A stretch of 64,000 bases of DNA. It comes from a bacterium. GTDB lineage: Bacteria > JADJOY01. This document shows positions 39,068 through 48,969 of this stretch, piece after piece. The DNA is taken from contig JAXLQJ010000002.1 in NCBI GenBank assembly GCA_046331705.1, positions 78,370 to 142,369 on the forward strand, read 5' to 3'. The translations under genes were made by a program, and so were the position numbers. The notes under the pieces are model-generated. The model ran no database searches. It was given only the letters and a program-made list of their open reading frames with translations, and was not told where the DNA came from. Numbering within the stretch: the first letter of the stretch is position 1; the number at the start of each line of letters is the position of its first letter.

Positions 39068-39925
39068 TCACCCGGCAGCAGGCGCGGCGAGCTTGTCGAC
39101 GATCTCGCGCATCTGGGCGAAGGCCCGGCGCATGCGCGAGCCGGCGGAAAGCATCTGCGATCCATCGACCAGCACCACGTGGCCGTCGCGACAGGCGGGC
39201 ACGTCGCTCAGCTCGAGCATCTCCTCGCGGTGCTTGGGGCGGAATCGGAACGGATCGCTGGCCAGCAGCACGAGCGCCGGGCTGGCGCTGACCAGGTCGG
39301 CCAGCTCGATCGCCTGCACGGGCTCGCCCTTCGCGGGAAACACGTTGTCGAGGCCGTGCAGCGCGAGGAAATCACTCGCGTACGTCTGGGCCGAGAGCGC
39401 GGCGAACGGGTCCTTGGAGACCAAGCACGCCGTCCGGATCCGGGGCCGACCGCGCGCCCACAGCTTGCTCACGTTCTGCTCGGCACGGATCTCTTGAACC
39501 AGCGCTGCCGCCTGTTCCTCGCGATCGACGAGAATCCCCAGCGTCTCGAGGTTGGCCACCGCCTCCTCGACGGTCTTCACGTGCACGACGAACAGCGGCA
39601 CCTTGCTGCCGAGCTTCTCGAGATCCTCGGCGCGGTTGTGCTCGAGATCGGCGAGCACCAGGTCCGGCATGAGGTCGGCCACCCGCTGCAGATCCAGGTC
39701 CTTCGAGACCTGCGGTCGCTCCAAGCCTCGCACGCGCTCGCCCCGCGGCTGGCCACCACCCTTGCCATTGCCGACCAGCTCGTCGTCGAGGCCCAGATCG
39801 CTGAGCGTCTGGGTGATGGTGGGCGAGAGCGAGACCACGCGGCGGGGATAGCGCAGCAGCTCGCGCCGGGCTCCCGTGCCGTCGGTGATCGAGATGAATT
39901 CGAGCGCAGCGGCCCGTACACCCAT
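39068..39925 (-). CDS. periplasmic-binding-protein-fold protein (BtuF/TroA-like), no obvious signal peptide
   Basis: RRVVSLSPTITQTLSDLGLDDELVG pattern typical of class III solute-binding proteins. Confidence 0.5.
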   Translation of the reverse strand: MGVRAAALEFISITDGTGARRELLRYPRRVVSLSPTITQTLSDLGLDDELVGNGKGGGQPRGERVRGLERPQVSKDLDLQRVADLMPDLVLADLEHNRAEDLEKLGSKVPLFVVHVKTVEEAVANLETLGILVDREEQAAALVQEIRAEQNVSKLWARGRPRIRTACLVSKDPFAALSAQTYASDFLALHGLDNVFPAKGEPVQAIELADLVSASPALVLLASDPFRFRPKHREEMLELSDVPACRDGHVVLVDGSQMLSAGSRMRRAFAQMREIVDKLAAPAAG

Positions 39926-40230
39926 CAGAAACCTCGTCGGGGCGAGCGTCGCGTTTCGAACGGCCCCTGCGTCGTCGATGCCGATCGTGGTCGGTCGCCC
40001 AGGAAGGCTGCGCTCGACCTCGAGTCCATCGCGAGTTTCGCTGATCGCGGACCGGAGTGTTCGCGGATGACGATGGACGCCGCGCGCGCGTCCTGGGCCC
40101 TCGGCGCTTTCCGCTCTCGGCGCTCCAATCGCGTTTCGAAGATACGCGCGCCCCGGGGCAGAAGCAACCGAACGTCGACGCCGCCGACGGGGGGCCGCGG
40201 CCGCGCCGATCGACGTACACTGGCATCACC

Positions 40231-40713
40231 ATGGCCGACGATCTGACGCGAGCCGACGTCCCAACCCTCCTCGCCACGCTGCGCCTCGACGACCCCACGG
40301 CGCGGGATCGCGCCACCGCCGAGCTCTGGGAGCGCTGGTTCGACGAGAAGGGGCCGGATGCGCGGCGGCGGCTCGAGTACGGCACGACCCTGCTCAGCGT
40401 CGAGCGCTTCGCCGAGGCGCTCGCCGTCTTCGAGCACCTGCTGGGCTCGCATCCCGACTTCGCCGAGGCGCACAACAAGCGCGCGACCGTGCTGTTCTTG
40501 ATGCGTCGCTACGAGGACGCCCGCGCGGAGTGCCTCGAGACCTTGCGCCTCAACGACACGCATTTCGGGGCCTGGCAGGGCCTCGGCTTGTGCGAGATGG
40601 AGCTGGGTCATTTCCTGGCCGCGGCGAGGGCCTTCGAGCGCGCGCTCGCGATCCAACCGCACACGCCGCGGAATCGCGAGTTCCTGGACCGCTGCCGCCA
40701 GCAGATCAACTGA
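40231..40713 (+). CDS. tetratricopeptide repeat protein
   Basis: TPR-like helical repeats (AEAHNKRATVLFLMRRYEDA..., GAWQGLGLCEMELGHFLAAARAFERALAI); ORF 40057..40713 trimmed to ATG 40231. Confidence 0.6.
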   Translation: MADDLTRADVPTLLATLRLDDPTARDRATAELWERWFDEKGPDARRRLEYGTTLLSVERFAEALAVFEHLLGSHPDFAEAHNKRATVLFLMRRYEDARAECLETLRLNDTHFGAWQGLGLCEMELGHFLAAARAFERALAIQPHTPRNREFLDRCRQQIN

Positions 40714-40733
40714 GCCTGGAAGGGCTGCGCCCG

Positions 40734-41249
40734 CTATTCGGATCCCGGCGCGCCACCCGCGCCCGGCGCATCGACCAGGAAGTGGGCGTTCGCCGAGGCG
40801 ATGGGTTGCTCGGGATCGCGCTGCCACGCACGCACGAACACGTTGACCACGCGGCGACCCTGCTTGGTGACGTAGCCCTGCGCGCGGACGTCCTCGGGAC
40901 GCGCGGAACGCAGGTAGTCGATGGTCAGATTGATGATCTTCGGCACGCCGATCCCCTCGACGCGCCAGGCCACGGTCACCAACGCGGTCATCTCGAGCAG
41001 CGCGCCCACCGTTCCCCCGTGCAATGCCGGAAGCACGGGGTTGCCGATGAGCCGCTCGCTGAACGCGAGTCGTCCGATCAGGTCCTCGTCCTCGAGCTCC
41101 GCGGACACACCCAGAAATCGCGCGTACGGGATGCCCGCGACCAGCAGCATCGGCGCGCGCGTGCGGCGCGCCTCGGCCACGCGCTCGATCCAGCGTCGCG
41201 TGGTAGCGAGCGCGTCGCGATCGGTGGGGCGCGGCGTGGCGTCGCTCAT
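40734..41249 (-). CDS. PaaI-family hot-dog thioesterase
   Basis: LPALHGGTVGALLEMT motif; start set at ATG 41249 (MSDATPRPT). Confidence 0.6.
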   Translation of the reverse strand: MSDATPRPTDRDALATTRRWIERVAEARRTRAPMLLVAGIPYARFLGVSAELEDEDLIGRLAFSERLIGNPVLPALHGGTVGALLEMTALVTVAWRVEGIGVPKIINLTIDYLRSARPEDVRAQGYVTKQGRRVVNVFVRAWQRDPEQPIASANAHFLVDAPGAGGAPGSE

Positions 41250-41722
41250 GCCGGCCTCCGCGGGCGCCGCGTGAGCATGAAGGCGCCTGTCGCCGAGGCG
41301 ATCGGATCGTCCGGATCGTCGTGATACGCGACGGCGCGTGCGAACGCGACGTGACGGGTGAGTCGATAGCAATCCGCGCGTGCCAGCACGGCTTGGCGCG
41401 CCGTGGCGGGGCGCAGGTAGTCGATCCGAAGGTCGAGCGTCGCCACCGCCGCTGGCTTCACGAGCGCTGCCATCACGGCCATGCCGCACGTGGAATCGAG
41501 CAAGGCGGTGATGACGCCGCCAGCCAACACCCCCGTGATCGGATTGCCCACCAAGTCCTCGCGATACGCCAATCGCATGCGCCCGCCGCCGGGCCACACG
41601 TCGAGAAGCTCGAGCCCGAGCTCGCGGTTGTGAGGAATGCCCTCCATGCAGATCTGCCGCAGGATGTCGAGCTGCGGCAGCGCATCCTGAGGGCGAGCGC
41701 GACGATCGTCTTGCGGGTCCAT
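41246..41722 (-). CDS. PaaI-family hot-dog thioesterase (paralog)
   Basis: ITGVLAGGVITALLDSTCGMA motif; 4-nt overlap with the downstream paralog. Confidence 0.6.
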   Translation of the reverse strand: MDPQDDRRARPQDALPQLDILRQICMEGIPHNRELGLELLDVWPGGGRMRLAYREDLVGNPITGVLAGGVITALLDSTCGMAVMAALVKPAAVATLDLRIDYLRPATARQAVLARADCYRLTRHVAFARAVAYHDDPDDPIASATGAFMLTRRPRRPA

Positions 41723-41757
41723 GGCGCCGCAAATCTAGCGTATGGTGGCGCGGGCGC

Positions 41758-43212
41758 ATGCGCGTCCTACTCGTCCACCCCCACCTCTTCCATCACCCGA
41801 CGGCGACCGTTCCGAGCGGGCTCGCGTGGCTGGCGGCGGCGCTGCGGGCGCGTGGCGCCCAAGTGGCTCTGCTCGATCTCGCCTTCGTCTGGAACCGCAG
41901 CCGCGTCATCCCCGCGGCGATCGGCGAGCTCGAGCCCGACGTCATCGGCATCGGCGTCGCGCACCTCGACAACGAGTGCGCGTTCCACTCGATCACGTTC
42001 CTTCCGCAAATCCGCTGGGTGATCGATCGCATCCGCGCCGCCAGCCGCGCCCCGATCGTGGCAGGCGGCTTCGGCATCACGCAGTGCGCCCGCGACGTGC
42101 TCACGTACCTGGGCCTGGCGCACGGCTTCCAGGGCGGCGACGTGGCGGAGGCGGCGCGCTGGATCGAAGCCGTCGGCGGACGCGACGATCGCGCCGAGGT
42201 GGCCGGCGCCATCCGCTGGACCGGTGCCGCGTACGAGAGCTTCACCGCGGCCGCGCGACCGACCCACGGGCTGCCCATCCCGTGCTCGGCAGCGCACGAC
42301 CTCGTCGACTACTCGCCGTACCGGCGGACGTCGGCTGCGGCCGTGGTGCCGATCGTGCTGGATCGGGGCGGCGTTCCGGCGCGGCGACCCGCGGCCGAGA
42401 TCGCGGACGAGCTCGGCGCGCTCGCCGCAACGCGTTCGGTTTCCCGCGCCTTGCTCGCGGGCCTGACGGTGGGGCTCGATCCCGCCCACGACGACGAGCT
42501 GCTCGAGACCTTGGCGAGCCGTGGCGCGCCGCTCGCCACGGAGATCCAGCTCGCGGCGCGCGCCGCGACTCGCGAGCGGGTCGCGCTGCTGCGCGCCAGC
42601 GGCGCCCGCGCGATTCGGCTGCGGCTCGCGGCGCCGGCCAGCGGCGAGGTGTCGCGCCCATCTCGGCTCGCCGCCGAGCGCGATGCGCTTCCGCGCGCGC
42701 TCGAGCGCATCGGCGGCGCCATCCCCATCCGGCTCGAGGTTGCGATCGGCGGGCTCGACGAGTCGGCAGACTCACTCGCACGAACGCTCGCCCTCGTCGA
42801 TGCGTTGCACCCGCGGCCGGCTGCGATCGAGCTCGTCCCCGGCGTCCGGCTCTGGGACGAGCCCGGCGAGGGCGCCGTCATCCGGCGCGGCGGCTTCGCC
42901 GGTGACTCGCCGATCTGGCCGCGCTTCGGCTTCGCCGCCGAGATCGAGTCGGGCTTGGCGGAGCGCCTCCGGCAGTTCGCCTCGACGCGCCCGGGCGTGA
43001 GCGTGGACTCGACGCCTACGCGCCGTGGCAACGCGTTGCCCACGCGATCGGGCGCCGCTGCGGGGTCTGGCCCGCGTGGCTCGCGGGCTCGGCGCTGGCC
43101 GATCTCCCGAAACGCCTGCGACGCGCGTGTATCGAAAGAGTACCGTTCCGCATGCAGCCGATGTAACATCCGTCGACGCCACGATCGAAACCGAGACGAA
43201 CGTCGAGCATCC
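41758..43212 (+). CDS. B12-binding-domain radical-SAM-like protein lacking the CxxxCxxC motif; 3' boundary unresolved
   Basis: N-terminus MRVLLVHPHLF...GLAWLAAALRARGAQVALLDL resembles the B12-binding domain of class B radical SAM enzymes, but no Cys triad follows; codon bias decays near 43000 yet the frame has no stop before 44298. Confidence 0.4.
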
Positions 43213-44298
43213 ATGGCCTCGCCGACCACGACCACGGTCCTCACGCAGGAAGAGATCAAGGTTCCCTGGAAGCTGTTCCGCGGGAACCATCAGCGCAGCG
43301 GCCAAGTCGCCGCGATGAATCCGGTTCGTCTCACCGGCGTGCGCTGGGAGCTGCGCGTCGGTCGCGTGACGTGGTCATCGCCCGCGATCGACGACGACAC
43401 CGTCTACATCGGCCTCGAGGACGGCGCGCTGCTGGCGGTCGACGCACGTTCCGGCAAGCGCGTGTGGCGATATCGCACGGGCGGCGCCGTGCTGAGCTCG
43501 CCCGCCATCGATGGGGAATTGGTGCTGGTCGGATCCGAGGACCAGAACCTGCACGCCGTCGACCGCAAGGTCGGCGTGGCGCGCTGGACCGCGCCGCTCG
43601 GAAGCGCGGTGACCAGCTCGCCGCTGGTGAAGGGCGGGCGCATCTTCGTGGGTTCGTGGGACGAGAACCTCTACTGCCTCTCGGAGAAGGACGGCGCGGT
43701 GCTGTGGAGCCATCCCACCGGCGGGCGCGTGTGGAGCTCGCCTGCGCTAGCCGACGACACCGTGGTGGTGGCATCGGCGTCCGGCTACATCCTGGCGCTC
43801 GATCCCCGTGACGGCTCACGGAAGTGGCGCTTCAAGGCCCGCAACCGCATCTACTCGACGCCCGCCATCGCCCACGGAATGGTCTTCGTGGGCTGTCACG
43901 ACGGCAACCTCTACGCCATCGACATGAAGACGGGCAAGCGGCGCTACGCGGTGGAGACCAAGGACAAGATCCGGTCGTCGCCGGCGGTCGTGGAAGGCAA
44001 GGTCCTGTTCGGGTCCGAGGACGGGAAGTTCCATTGCATCGACGCGCTGAGCGGCGAGCAGCGCTGGGTCTTCGATGCCAAGGGCGGCATCGACTCGTCG
44101 CCCGCCGTGAGCGGCGACACCGTCCTCTTCGGCACGCTCGCCAACCGCGTGCACGCGCTCGACGTGAACAACGGCCGCGAACGCTGGGGCTTCTCCACCG
44201 ACGACTGGGTCGATTCCAGCCCGGCGCTGTGGGGTCGATTGATCGTGTTCGGGTCGTACGACGGCCACCTCTACGGGCTCGAGTTCGACACCGAGTGA
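43213..44298 (+). CDS. PQQ-like beta-propeller repeat protein (BamB-like fold)
   Basis: Repeated SSPA(I/V)..G.(V/I)(Y/F).G..DG.L.A(V/L)D propeller blades; ATG at 43213 follows an AT-richer stretch; in frame with the upstream ORF. Confidence 0.6.
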   Translation: MASPTTTTVLTQEEIKVPWKLFRGNHQRSGQVAAMNPVRLTGVRWELRVGRVTWSSPAIDDDTVYIGLEDGALLAVDARSGKRVWRYRTGGAVLSSPAIDGELVLVGSEDQNLHAVDRKVGVARWTAPLGSAVTSSPLVKGGRIFVGSWDENLYCLSEKDGAVLWSHPTGGRVWSSPALADDTVVVASASGYILALDPRDGSRKWRFKARNRIYSTPAIAHGMVFVGCHDGNLYAIDMKTGKRRYAVETKDKIRSSPAVVEGKVLFGSEDGKFHCIDALSGEQRWVFDAKGGIDSSPAVSGDTVLFGTLANRVHALDVNNGRERWGFSTDDWVDSSPALWGRLIVFGSYDGHLYGLEFDTE

Positions 44299-44326
44299 GG
44301 CGCCGCTCGCAGCCGCGCCAACCCGA

Positions 44327-44638
44327 TCAGTCCTCGCCTTCGCCTTCGTCCTCGTCCAGGAAGAATCGACGCTTGCGGGCGTAGAACTCCTCCAGCTCGC
44401 GTCGCGCCATCCAGAAATCGCCACCATCGAGGCCGACCGCCAGCGCCAGCTCCTTGGCGCGGTTGACGATCGTGACTTGCTGCCACTCCTCCTCGAAGAT
44501 GTCAATCTCGAGTCCGTCCAGCAGCCCGCGCAACGTGCGGCCGAACTCGGCCGACTCCATGTGCGACGCGCGCTGCCGCTGGGTCCCGAGCCAGCTCGGA
44601 TGGGCTCGATCCACGTCCTTGGGGTCGTTCGTGCTCAT
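44327..44638 (-). CDS. small acidic hypothetical protein (103 aa)
   Basis: ORF 44327..44779 trimmed to ATG 44638 (MSTNDPKDVDRAH); acidic C-terminal tail DEDEGEGED. Confidence 0.45.
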   Translation of the reverse strand: MSTNDPKDVDRAHPSWLGTQRQRASHMESAEFGRTLRGLLDGLEIDIFEEEWQQVTIVNRAKELALAVGLDGGDFWMARRELEEFYARKRRFFLDEDEGEGED

Positions 44639-44879
44639 GTTCGATCTCGATTCGCGCGTTCCAGGGTACGAGCGCCGTCGCGGTCGAGCAAGCGACGACG
44701 CCCGTGCCACGGCTCGAGCGCCAGAGGCAGTCGGCGCGGTCTCGCGCGCCGGGCCGCAAGCGCCTTCGGGCCTTCTCACGACCAGGGGCCCATGCTAGGT
44801 TTGCGTGCTTTGCCGAGGCTTCGGCGTCCGATCCGATCGGGTCGTGGGCGCCACTGGATCGCCCGGCTCGGAGGCTTCC

Positions 44880-44969
44880 TTGGGTAGCGTGGTCAAGAAG
44901 CGGCGCAAGAAGATGCGGAAGCACAAGTACAAGAAGCTGCTTGCCCGCATGCGCCACCGCAAGAAGTGA
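44880..44969 (+). CDS. bS22-like small basic ribosomal protein (AURKAIP1/COX24-type), 29 aa
   Basis: TTG start behind GGAGG; encodes MGSVVKKRRKKMRKHKYKKLLARMRHRKK, closely resembling actinobacterial bS22 ([25 protein letters not shown], recalled); below the ORF-track size cutoff. Confidence 0.6.
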   Translation: MGSVVKKRRKKMRKHKYKKLLARMRHRKK

Positions 44970-45011
44970 ACGCCGCGCTTCGCTCTTCCTCGAGGCGCTC
45001 ACCCACGTCAG

Positions 45012-45043
45012 GCCGCACCGCGCGCGAACGCGCCGGGTGCGGC
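45012..45043 (+). terminator. GC-rich imperfect hairpin downstream of the bS22-like ORF
   Basis: GCCGCACC ... GGTGCGGC arms around a GC-rich loop; no U-tract. Confidence 0.25.
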
Positions 45044-45184
45044 AGCGATCGTCCCTCGGCTTAGCCCCGGCGCCGTTGGCGATCGGTTGCGGATCGCGAG
45101 CGATCCCACGCCACGCGTCGGTTGTGCGGTGACGATCGTGAGCGCTACCATCGACCGTCCACCCAGGCCCTGAGGACGCGAACG

Positions 45185-46234
45185 ATGGAGCCCACGCGCA
45201 TTCGACGTTGCCACGGACACGATGGAACCGAGCTCCACGTCGAGGAGTACGGCAGCGGCGCCCCCATCGTGCTCTGCAATGGCGTCGTCTGCACCATCGG
45301 CCCCTACTGGCAATTCTTGATTCGGCACCTGGCCACGCTGGGCCGGGTGATCGCCTGGGACTATCGCGGACACGGACGATCCGGGGTACCGCGAGACCTC
45401 GAGGCCTGCGCGATCGGGGACCACGTCCGCGACCTCGGCTGCGTCCTCGACGCCACGGGCGTCGAGGACGCCGTGCTCATCGGCCACAGCATGGGTTGCC
45501 AGGTGATCCTGGAGGCCTATCGGCAATTTCCCGAGCGTATCCGCGGGCTAGTTCCGATCTGCGGCACGTACGGCCGGCCTTACCGGACCTTCTACGGGAA
45601 GGACTTCCTGGAGCCGTTCTACGACCCGATGCTGCGGGAGGTGCGACGGCATCACGAGCTCGTTCGGCAGATCGCCGACGTCGTGAAGCGCACGCCGATC
45701 CCGCAGCTGGTGGCACGCGCCGGCGCTGTCCACTGGTACCTCGCCCCGTGGAGCTCGATGGACGCGTACTTCGAGCACGTGTTCTCGATGAACACGGAGT
45801 TTCTGCTCACCGTGGTGCGACGCATGGGCGAGCACAGCGCAGAGGACCTGTTGCCGCACGTGGACGTTCCCACGCTGATCGTCGCCGGCGCCAAGGATCC
45901 GTTCACGCCCCCTTCCGTGGCGTGGGAGATGCACCGCCAGATCCCCGGCGCGGAGATCCTGGTGATCCCGAACGGCACCCACGTGGCACAGCTCGAGCAC
46001 CCGGACCTGGTGGGGCTGCGAATCGAGAAGTTCGTCTCCGACCACGGCTTGCTCTCGAGGCGCGGGCGAAGCAGCGGCGCGTCCGCCCGGGAGCGGGCCA
46101 ACGGCCGCGAACGCGCCGCGCCTCGTCGCCGGTCGCGTGCCACGCGGCCCGCCGGTGAGGATGGACGCGAGCGCGCTCCGGCACGACGGCGACGAGCGGC
46201 GCGCGGCGCGCGCGTGTCCTCACGTCTCGCTTGA
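45185..46234 (+). CDS. alpha/beta hydrolase with Arg-rich C-terminal tail
   Basis: Nucleophile elbow GHSMGC; HGRSG oxyanion region; ORF 45122..46234 trimmed to ATG 45185. Confidence 0.75.
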   Translation: MEPTRIRRCHGHDGTELHVEEYGSGAPIVLCNGVVCTIGPYWQFLIRHLATLGRVIAWDYRGHGRSGVPRDLEACAIGDHVRDLGCVLDATGVEDAVLIGHSMGCQVILEAYRQFPERIRGLVPICGTYGRPYRTFYGKDFLEPFYDPMLREVRRHHELVRQIADVVKRTPIPQLVARAGAVHWYLAPWSSMDAYFEHVFSMNTEFLLTVVRRMGEHSAEDLLPHVDVPTLIVAGAKDPFTPPSVAWEMHRQIPGAEILVIPNGTHVAQLEHPDLVGLRIEKFVSDHGLLSRRGRSSGASARERANGRERAAPRRRSRATRPAGEDGRERAPARRRRAARGARVSSRLA

Positions 46235-46379
46235 GATGCGCAGCCTGCGCGGCGTCGACACCGACGCCGCACCCATCCCCCCGCGCCCTTCAGCCGAGCG
46301 GCATCGCATGCAGCTTCGAAGCGTACGCGCGCACCGATCGACCGCTCGCGCCCCGCGCTCTCGGCGACCGAGGAAATGA

Positions 46380-47198
46380 ATGGAACCCAAGCTCGCGGTA
46401 TTCGTGGACTTCGAGAACATCGAGCGCGGCATCGAAGAGGCCGGGCTCGGCAAGTTCCAGGTGGACTTGGTGCTGAATCGCCTGCGCGAGAAAGGCAAGG
46501 TGATCGTGTCGCGGGCCTACGCCGACTGGGGTCGGTACACGGCCTACAAGTTCGATTTCCAGGACCACGGCATCGATCTGATCGAGCTACCGTCGCGCCG
46601 CAAGGGCCAGAAGAACATGGCCGACATCAAGATGGTGGTGGACGCGCTCGACTACGCGTGGAAGTGGTCCTACATCGACTCGTTCGTGATCGTCTCGGGC
46701 GACAGCGACTTCACGCCGCTGATCTCGAAGCTGCGCGAGTACAACCGCTTCGTGATGGGCATGGGCGTACGCAAGTCCACCTCGACGCTGATCGCCGACA
46801 CCTGCGACGAGTTCGTCTACTACGACGATCTGGTGCGCATCAAAGAGAAGCAACGCGAGCGGCGCCGCATCGACGACGACCCGAGCCAGGTCTTCACGCT
46901 GCTCGTCGAGACGGTGGACGCGATGAAGGCGAGCCACGAGGTCATCCTGAGCTCCATGGTCAAGCAGACCATGCTGCGCAAGAAGCCGGATTTCGACGAG
47001 CGCGCGCTCGGCTTCCGCACCTTCAAGCGGCTGCTCGAGAACGCGCGCGACAAGGGCCTGATCGGCTTGGTGCGCGACGAGCGCAGCGGCACCTATCGGA
47101 TCGTCGAGCCCGAAGAGGGTGCCGCGGCGCAACCCGTCAAGAGCGTTCGATCCGAACGACCAGCGGCGGGTGCGCCCCCGGATGGCGGCGTAACGTGA
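46380..47198 (+). CDS. NYN domain (LabA-like) protein
   Basis: LAVFVDFENI...VSRAYADW...VIVSGDSDFTPL pattern of NYN/LabA nucleases; GAGGAAATGA RBS context. Confidence 0.8.
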   Translation: MEPKLAVFVDFENIERGIEEAGLGKFQVDLVLNRLREKGKVIVSRAYADWGRYTAYKFDFQDHGIDLIELPSRRKGQKNMADIKMVVDALDYAWKWSYIDSFVIVSGDSDFTPLISKLREYNRFVMGMGVRKSTSTLIADTCDEFVYYDDLVRIKEKQRERRRIDDDPSQVFTLLVETVDAMKASHEVILSSMVKQTMLRKKPDFDERALGFRTFKRLLENARDKGLIGLVRDERSGTYRIVEPEEGAAAQPVKSVRSERPAAGAPPDGGVT

Positions 47199-47808
47199 GC
47201 GTGCCGGTCTCGTCCGTCGCGAGCCCGCGGACCACGACCACGCGATTGAGCGGGATGACGCGCTCGATGAACTTGAAGCCGAGCGTCTGGACGTCCATGC
47301 GACGATCGAGATCGGCCGTCAGCACGTAAGGGAACTCCTTGACCTTGAGCTTGGCCTCGGTCTGGCTCGCGAGCCCGATGCGCTCGAAGCGCTCGACGAT
47401 GGTCTCCGACTCGAATTGCGCGCCTTCGGGATCGACGGTCACCTCGTCGTCCCGATCGCCGAGCCAGAAGATGCCGCACGAGCGGCGCTTCGCCATCAGC
47501 ACGTCCTGACCGCTCGAGGAATCCTGGTCGCCGAGCAGCGGCAGCGCGCCGTCGCGGGCCTTGCGCTTCCAGAGGCGTTCGACGACGTACTCGTAGTAGA
47601 TGCACGGGCTCGAATCGATGCCGGAGCGCAAGGCCGCGGGCGTGCGCGCCATGCCGCTCACCTCGACCGGTAGACGGAAGGTTCCTTTCGGGTGCCGCGA
47701 ACGGTGTTCCTGATACGACCGCACGAGCTCGCGCACCGACACCACGCGCCCGGGCGCGAGCGCACCGGGGCTTGGCGTGGGAACGTCGGGACGCTGCATG
47801 AGTCGCAA
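47137..47808 (-). CDS. hypothetical protein
   Basis: ORF with non-shadow composition (Lys, Phe, Tyr, Ile present); convergent 62-bp overlap with the NYN gene; start uncertain. Confidence 0.35.
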   Translation of the reverse strand: MRLMQRPDVPTPSPGALAPGRVVSVRELVRSYQEHRSRHPKGTFRLPVEVSGMARTPAALRSGIDSSPCIYYEYVVERLWKRKARDGALPLLGDQDSSSGQDVLMAKRRSCGIFWLGDRDDEVTVDPEGAQFESETIVERFERIGLASQTEAKLKVKEFPYVLTADLDRRMDVQTLGFKFIERVIPLNRVVVVRGLATDETGTLTLRRHPGAHPPLVVRIERS

Positions 47809-47853
47809 GACCGGATCCTCGGGCGCGCCAGGCTCGCCGGCACGGTCGCTCCG

Positions 47854-48969
47854 TTACTCGAAGATGTCTCGAACGCGATCGAAGAACCCACGATCCTCCG
47901 GCGGCGAGGCCCCATCCTCGCGCGCGAGCGCCTCGTAGAGCTCGCGCTGCCGGGCGTTCAGCTCGTCGGGAACGTGGACGCGAATGCGTACTTTCTGATC
48001 GCCGCGGCCGGCGGCGCTGCCCGACGGCATCCCCTTGTTCCGCAAGCGATAGATGCGCCCGGGCTGGGTCCCGGGCTGCGTCTTCATGCGGATCGGACCA
48101 TCGAGCGTGGGAATCTGCACCTCGGTACCGAGCGCCGCCTGCGCGACGGTCAACGTCAGGTCGTAGATGAGGTCCGCACCCTCGCGCTTGAACTGGGGAT
48201 GCTCCTGGATCTGCACCACCACGTAGAGATCGCCGGCGCCGCCCCCGGCGATCCCCATCTCGCCCTCGCCCTGCAGCCGGAGCCGGCTCTCGTGCTCGAC
48301 GCCCGCAGGCACGCGCACCTTGAGCTCGTGGCGCGCCTTCACCGAGCCCGCGCCCTGACACCGCGAGCACGGATCTCGCACGATTCGTCCTCGCCCCTCG
48401 CATTGCGTGCAGGGCTTCGAGACGCTGAAGAAGCCTTGCTGCAGGCGAACCTGCCCCGAACCGCGACAGCTCGGGCACGTCGTCGAGCCGGTGGCGCTCG
48501 CGGCGCCGGTGCCATTGCAGTGGGCGCATGGCCGGCGGCGCGGCACACGGACGCGCTTCTCCGTGCCGAACGCGGCTTCTTCCAGCGTGATCTCGAGGTT
48601 GTAGCGCAGGTCGGTGCCACGCTCGCCGCGTGACTGCGAGCCCGGGCCGCGGCCACCGAAGATGTCGTTGAAGAGATCGCCGAAGAGATCCTGGAAGTTG
48701 CCCGGTCCTTGCGGGCCGGCCCCCGGACGGGCACCACCGAAGGGGCCACCCGCCGAGCCAAAGCGATCGTAGTTCGCCCGCTTCGGCGGATCGCTGAGCA
48801 CCGAGTACGCCTCGGAGAGCTCCTTGAAGCGCTCCTCTGCCGCTGGATTCCCGGGATTCTTGTCCGGATGACACTCGTGGGCGAGGCGGCGATACGCCTT
48901 CTTGAGGTCATCGGGCGTCGCGTTCCGGGACACCCCCAGCACTTGGTAGTAATCGCGGGCCGCGCTCAC
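47854..48969 (-). CDS. dnaJ: molecular chaperone DnaJ
   Basis: J-domain DYYQVLGV...HPDKNP; four CxxCxGxG zinc-finger repeats; start set at GTG 48969 behind GGAGG, giving a GTGA overlap with the upstream Hsp70-like stop. Confidence 0.85.
   Translation of the reverse strand: MSAARDYYQVLGVSRNATPDDLKKAYRRLAHECHPDKNPGNPAAEERFKELSEAYSVLSDPPKRANYDRFGSAGGPFGGARPGAGPQGPGNFQDLFGDLFNDIFGGRGPGSQSRGERGTDLRYNLEITLEEAAFGTEKRVRVPRRRPCAHCNGTGAASATGSTTCPSCRGSGQVRLQQGFFSVSKPCTQCEGRGRIVRDPCSRCQGAGSVKARHELKVRVPAGVEHESRLRLQGEGEMGIAGGGAGDLYVVVQIQEHPQFKREGADLIYDLTLTVAQAALGTEVQIPTLDGPIRMKTQPGTQPGRIYRLRNKGMPSGSAAGRGDQKVRIRVHVPDELNARQRELYEALAREDGASPPEDRGFFDRVRDIFE

Noticed and set aside
39926-40230. Possible cobalamin riboswitch upstream of the BtuF-like gene
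   Set aside because: No B12-box (GCCACTG-type) or other conserved riboswitch core found on the relevant strand.
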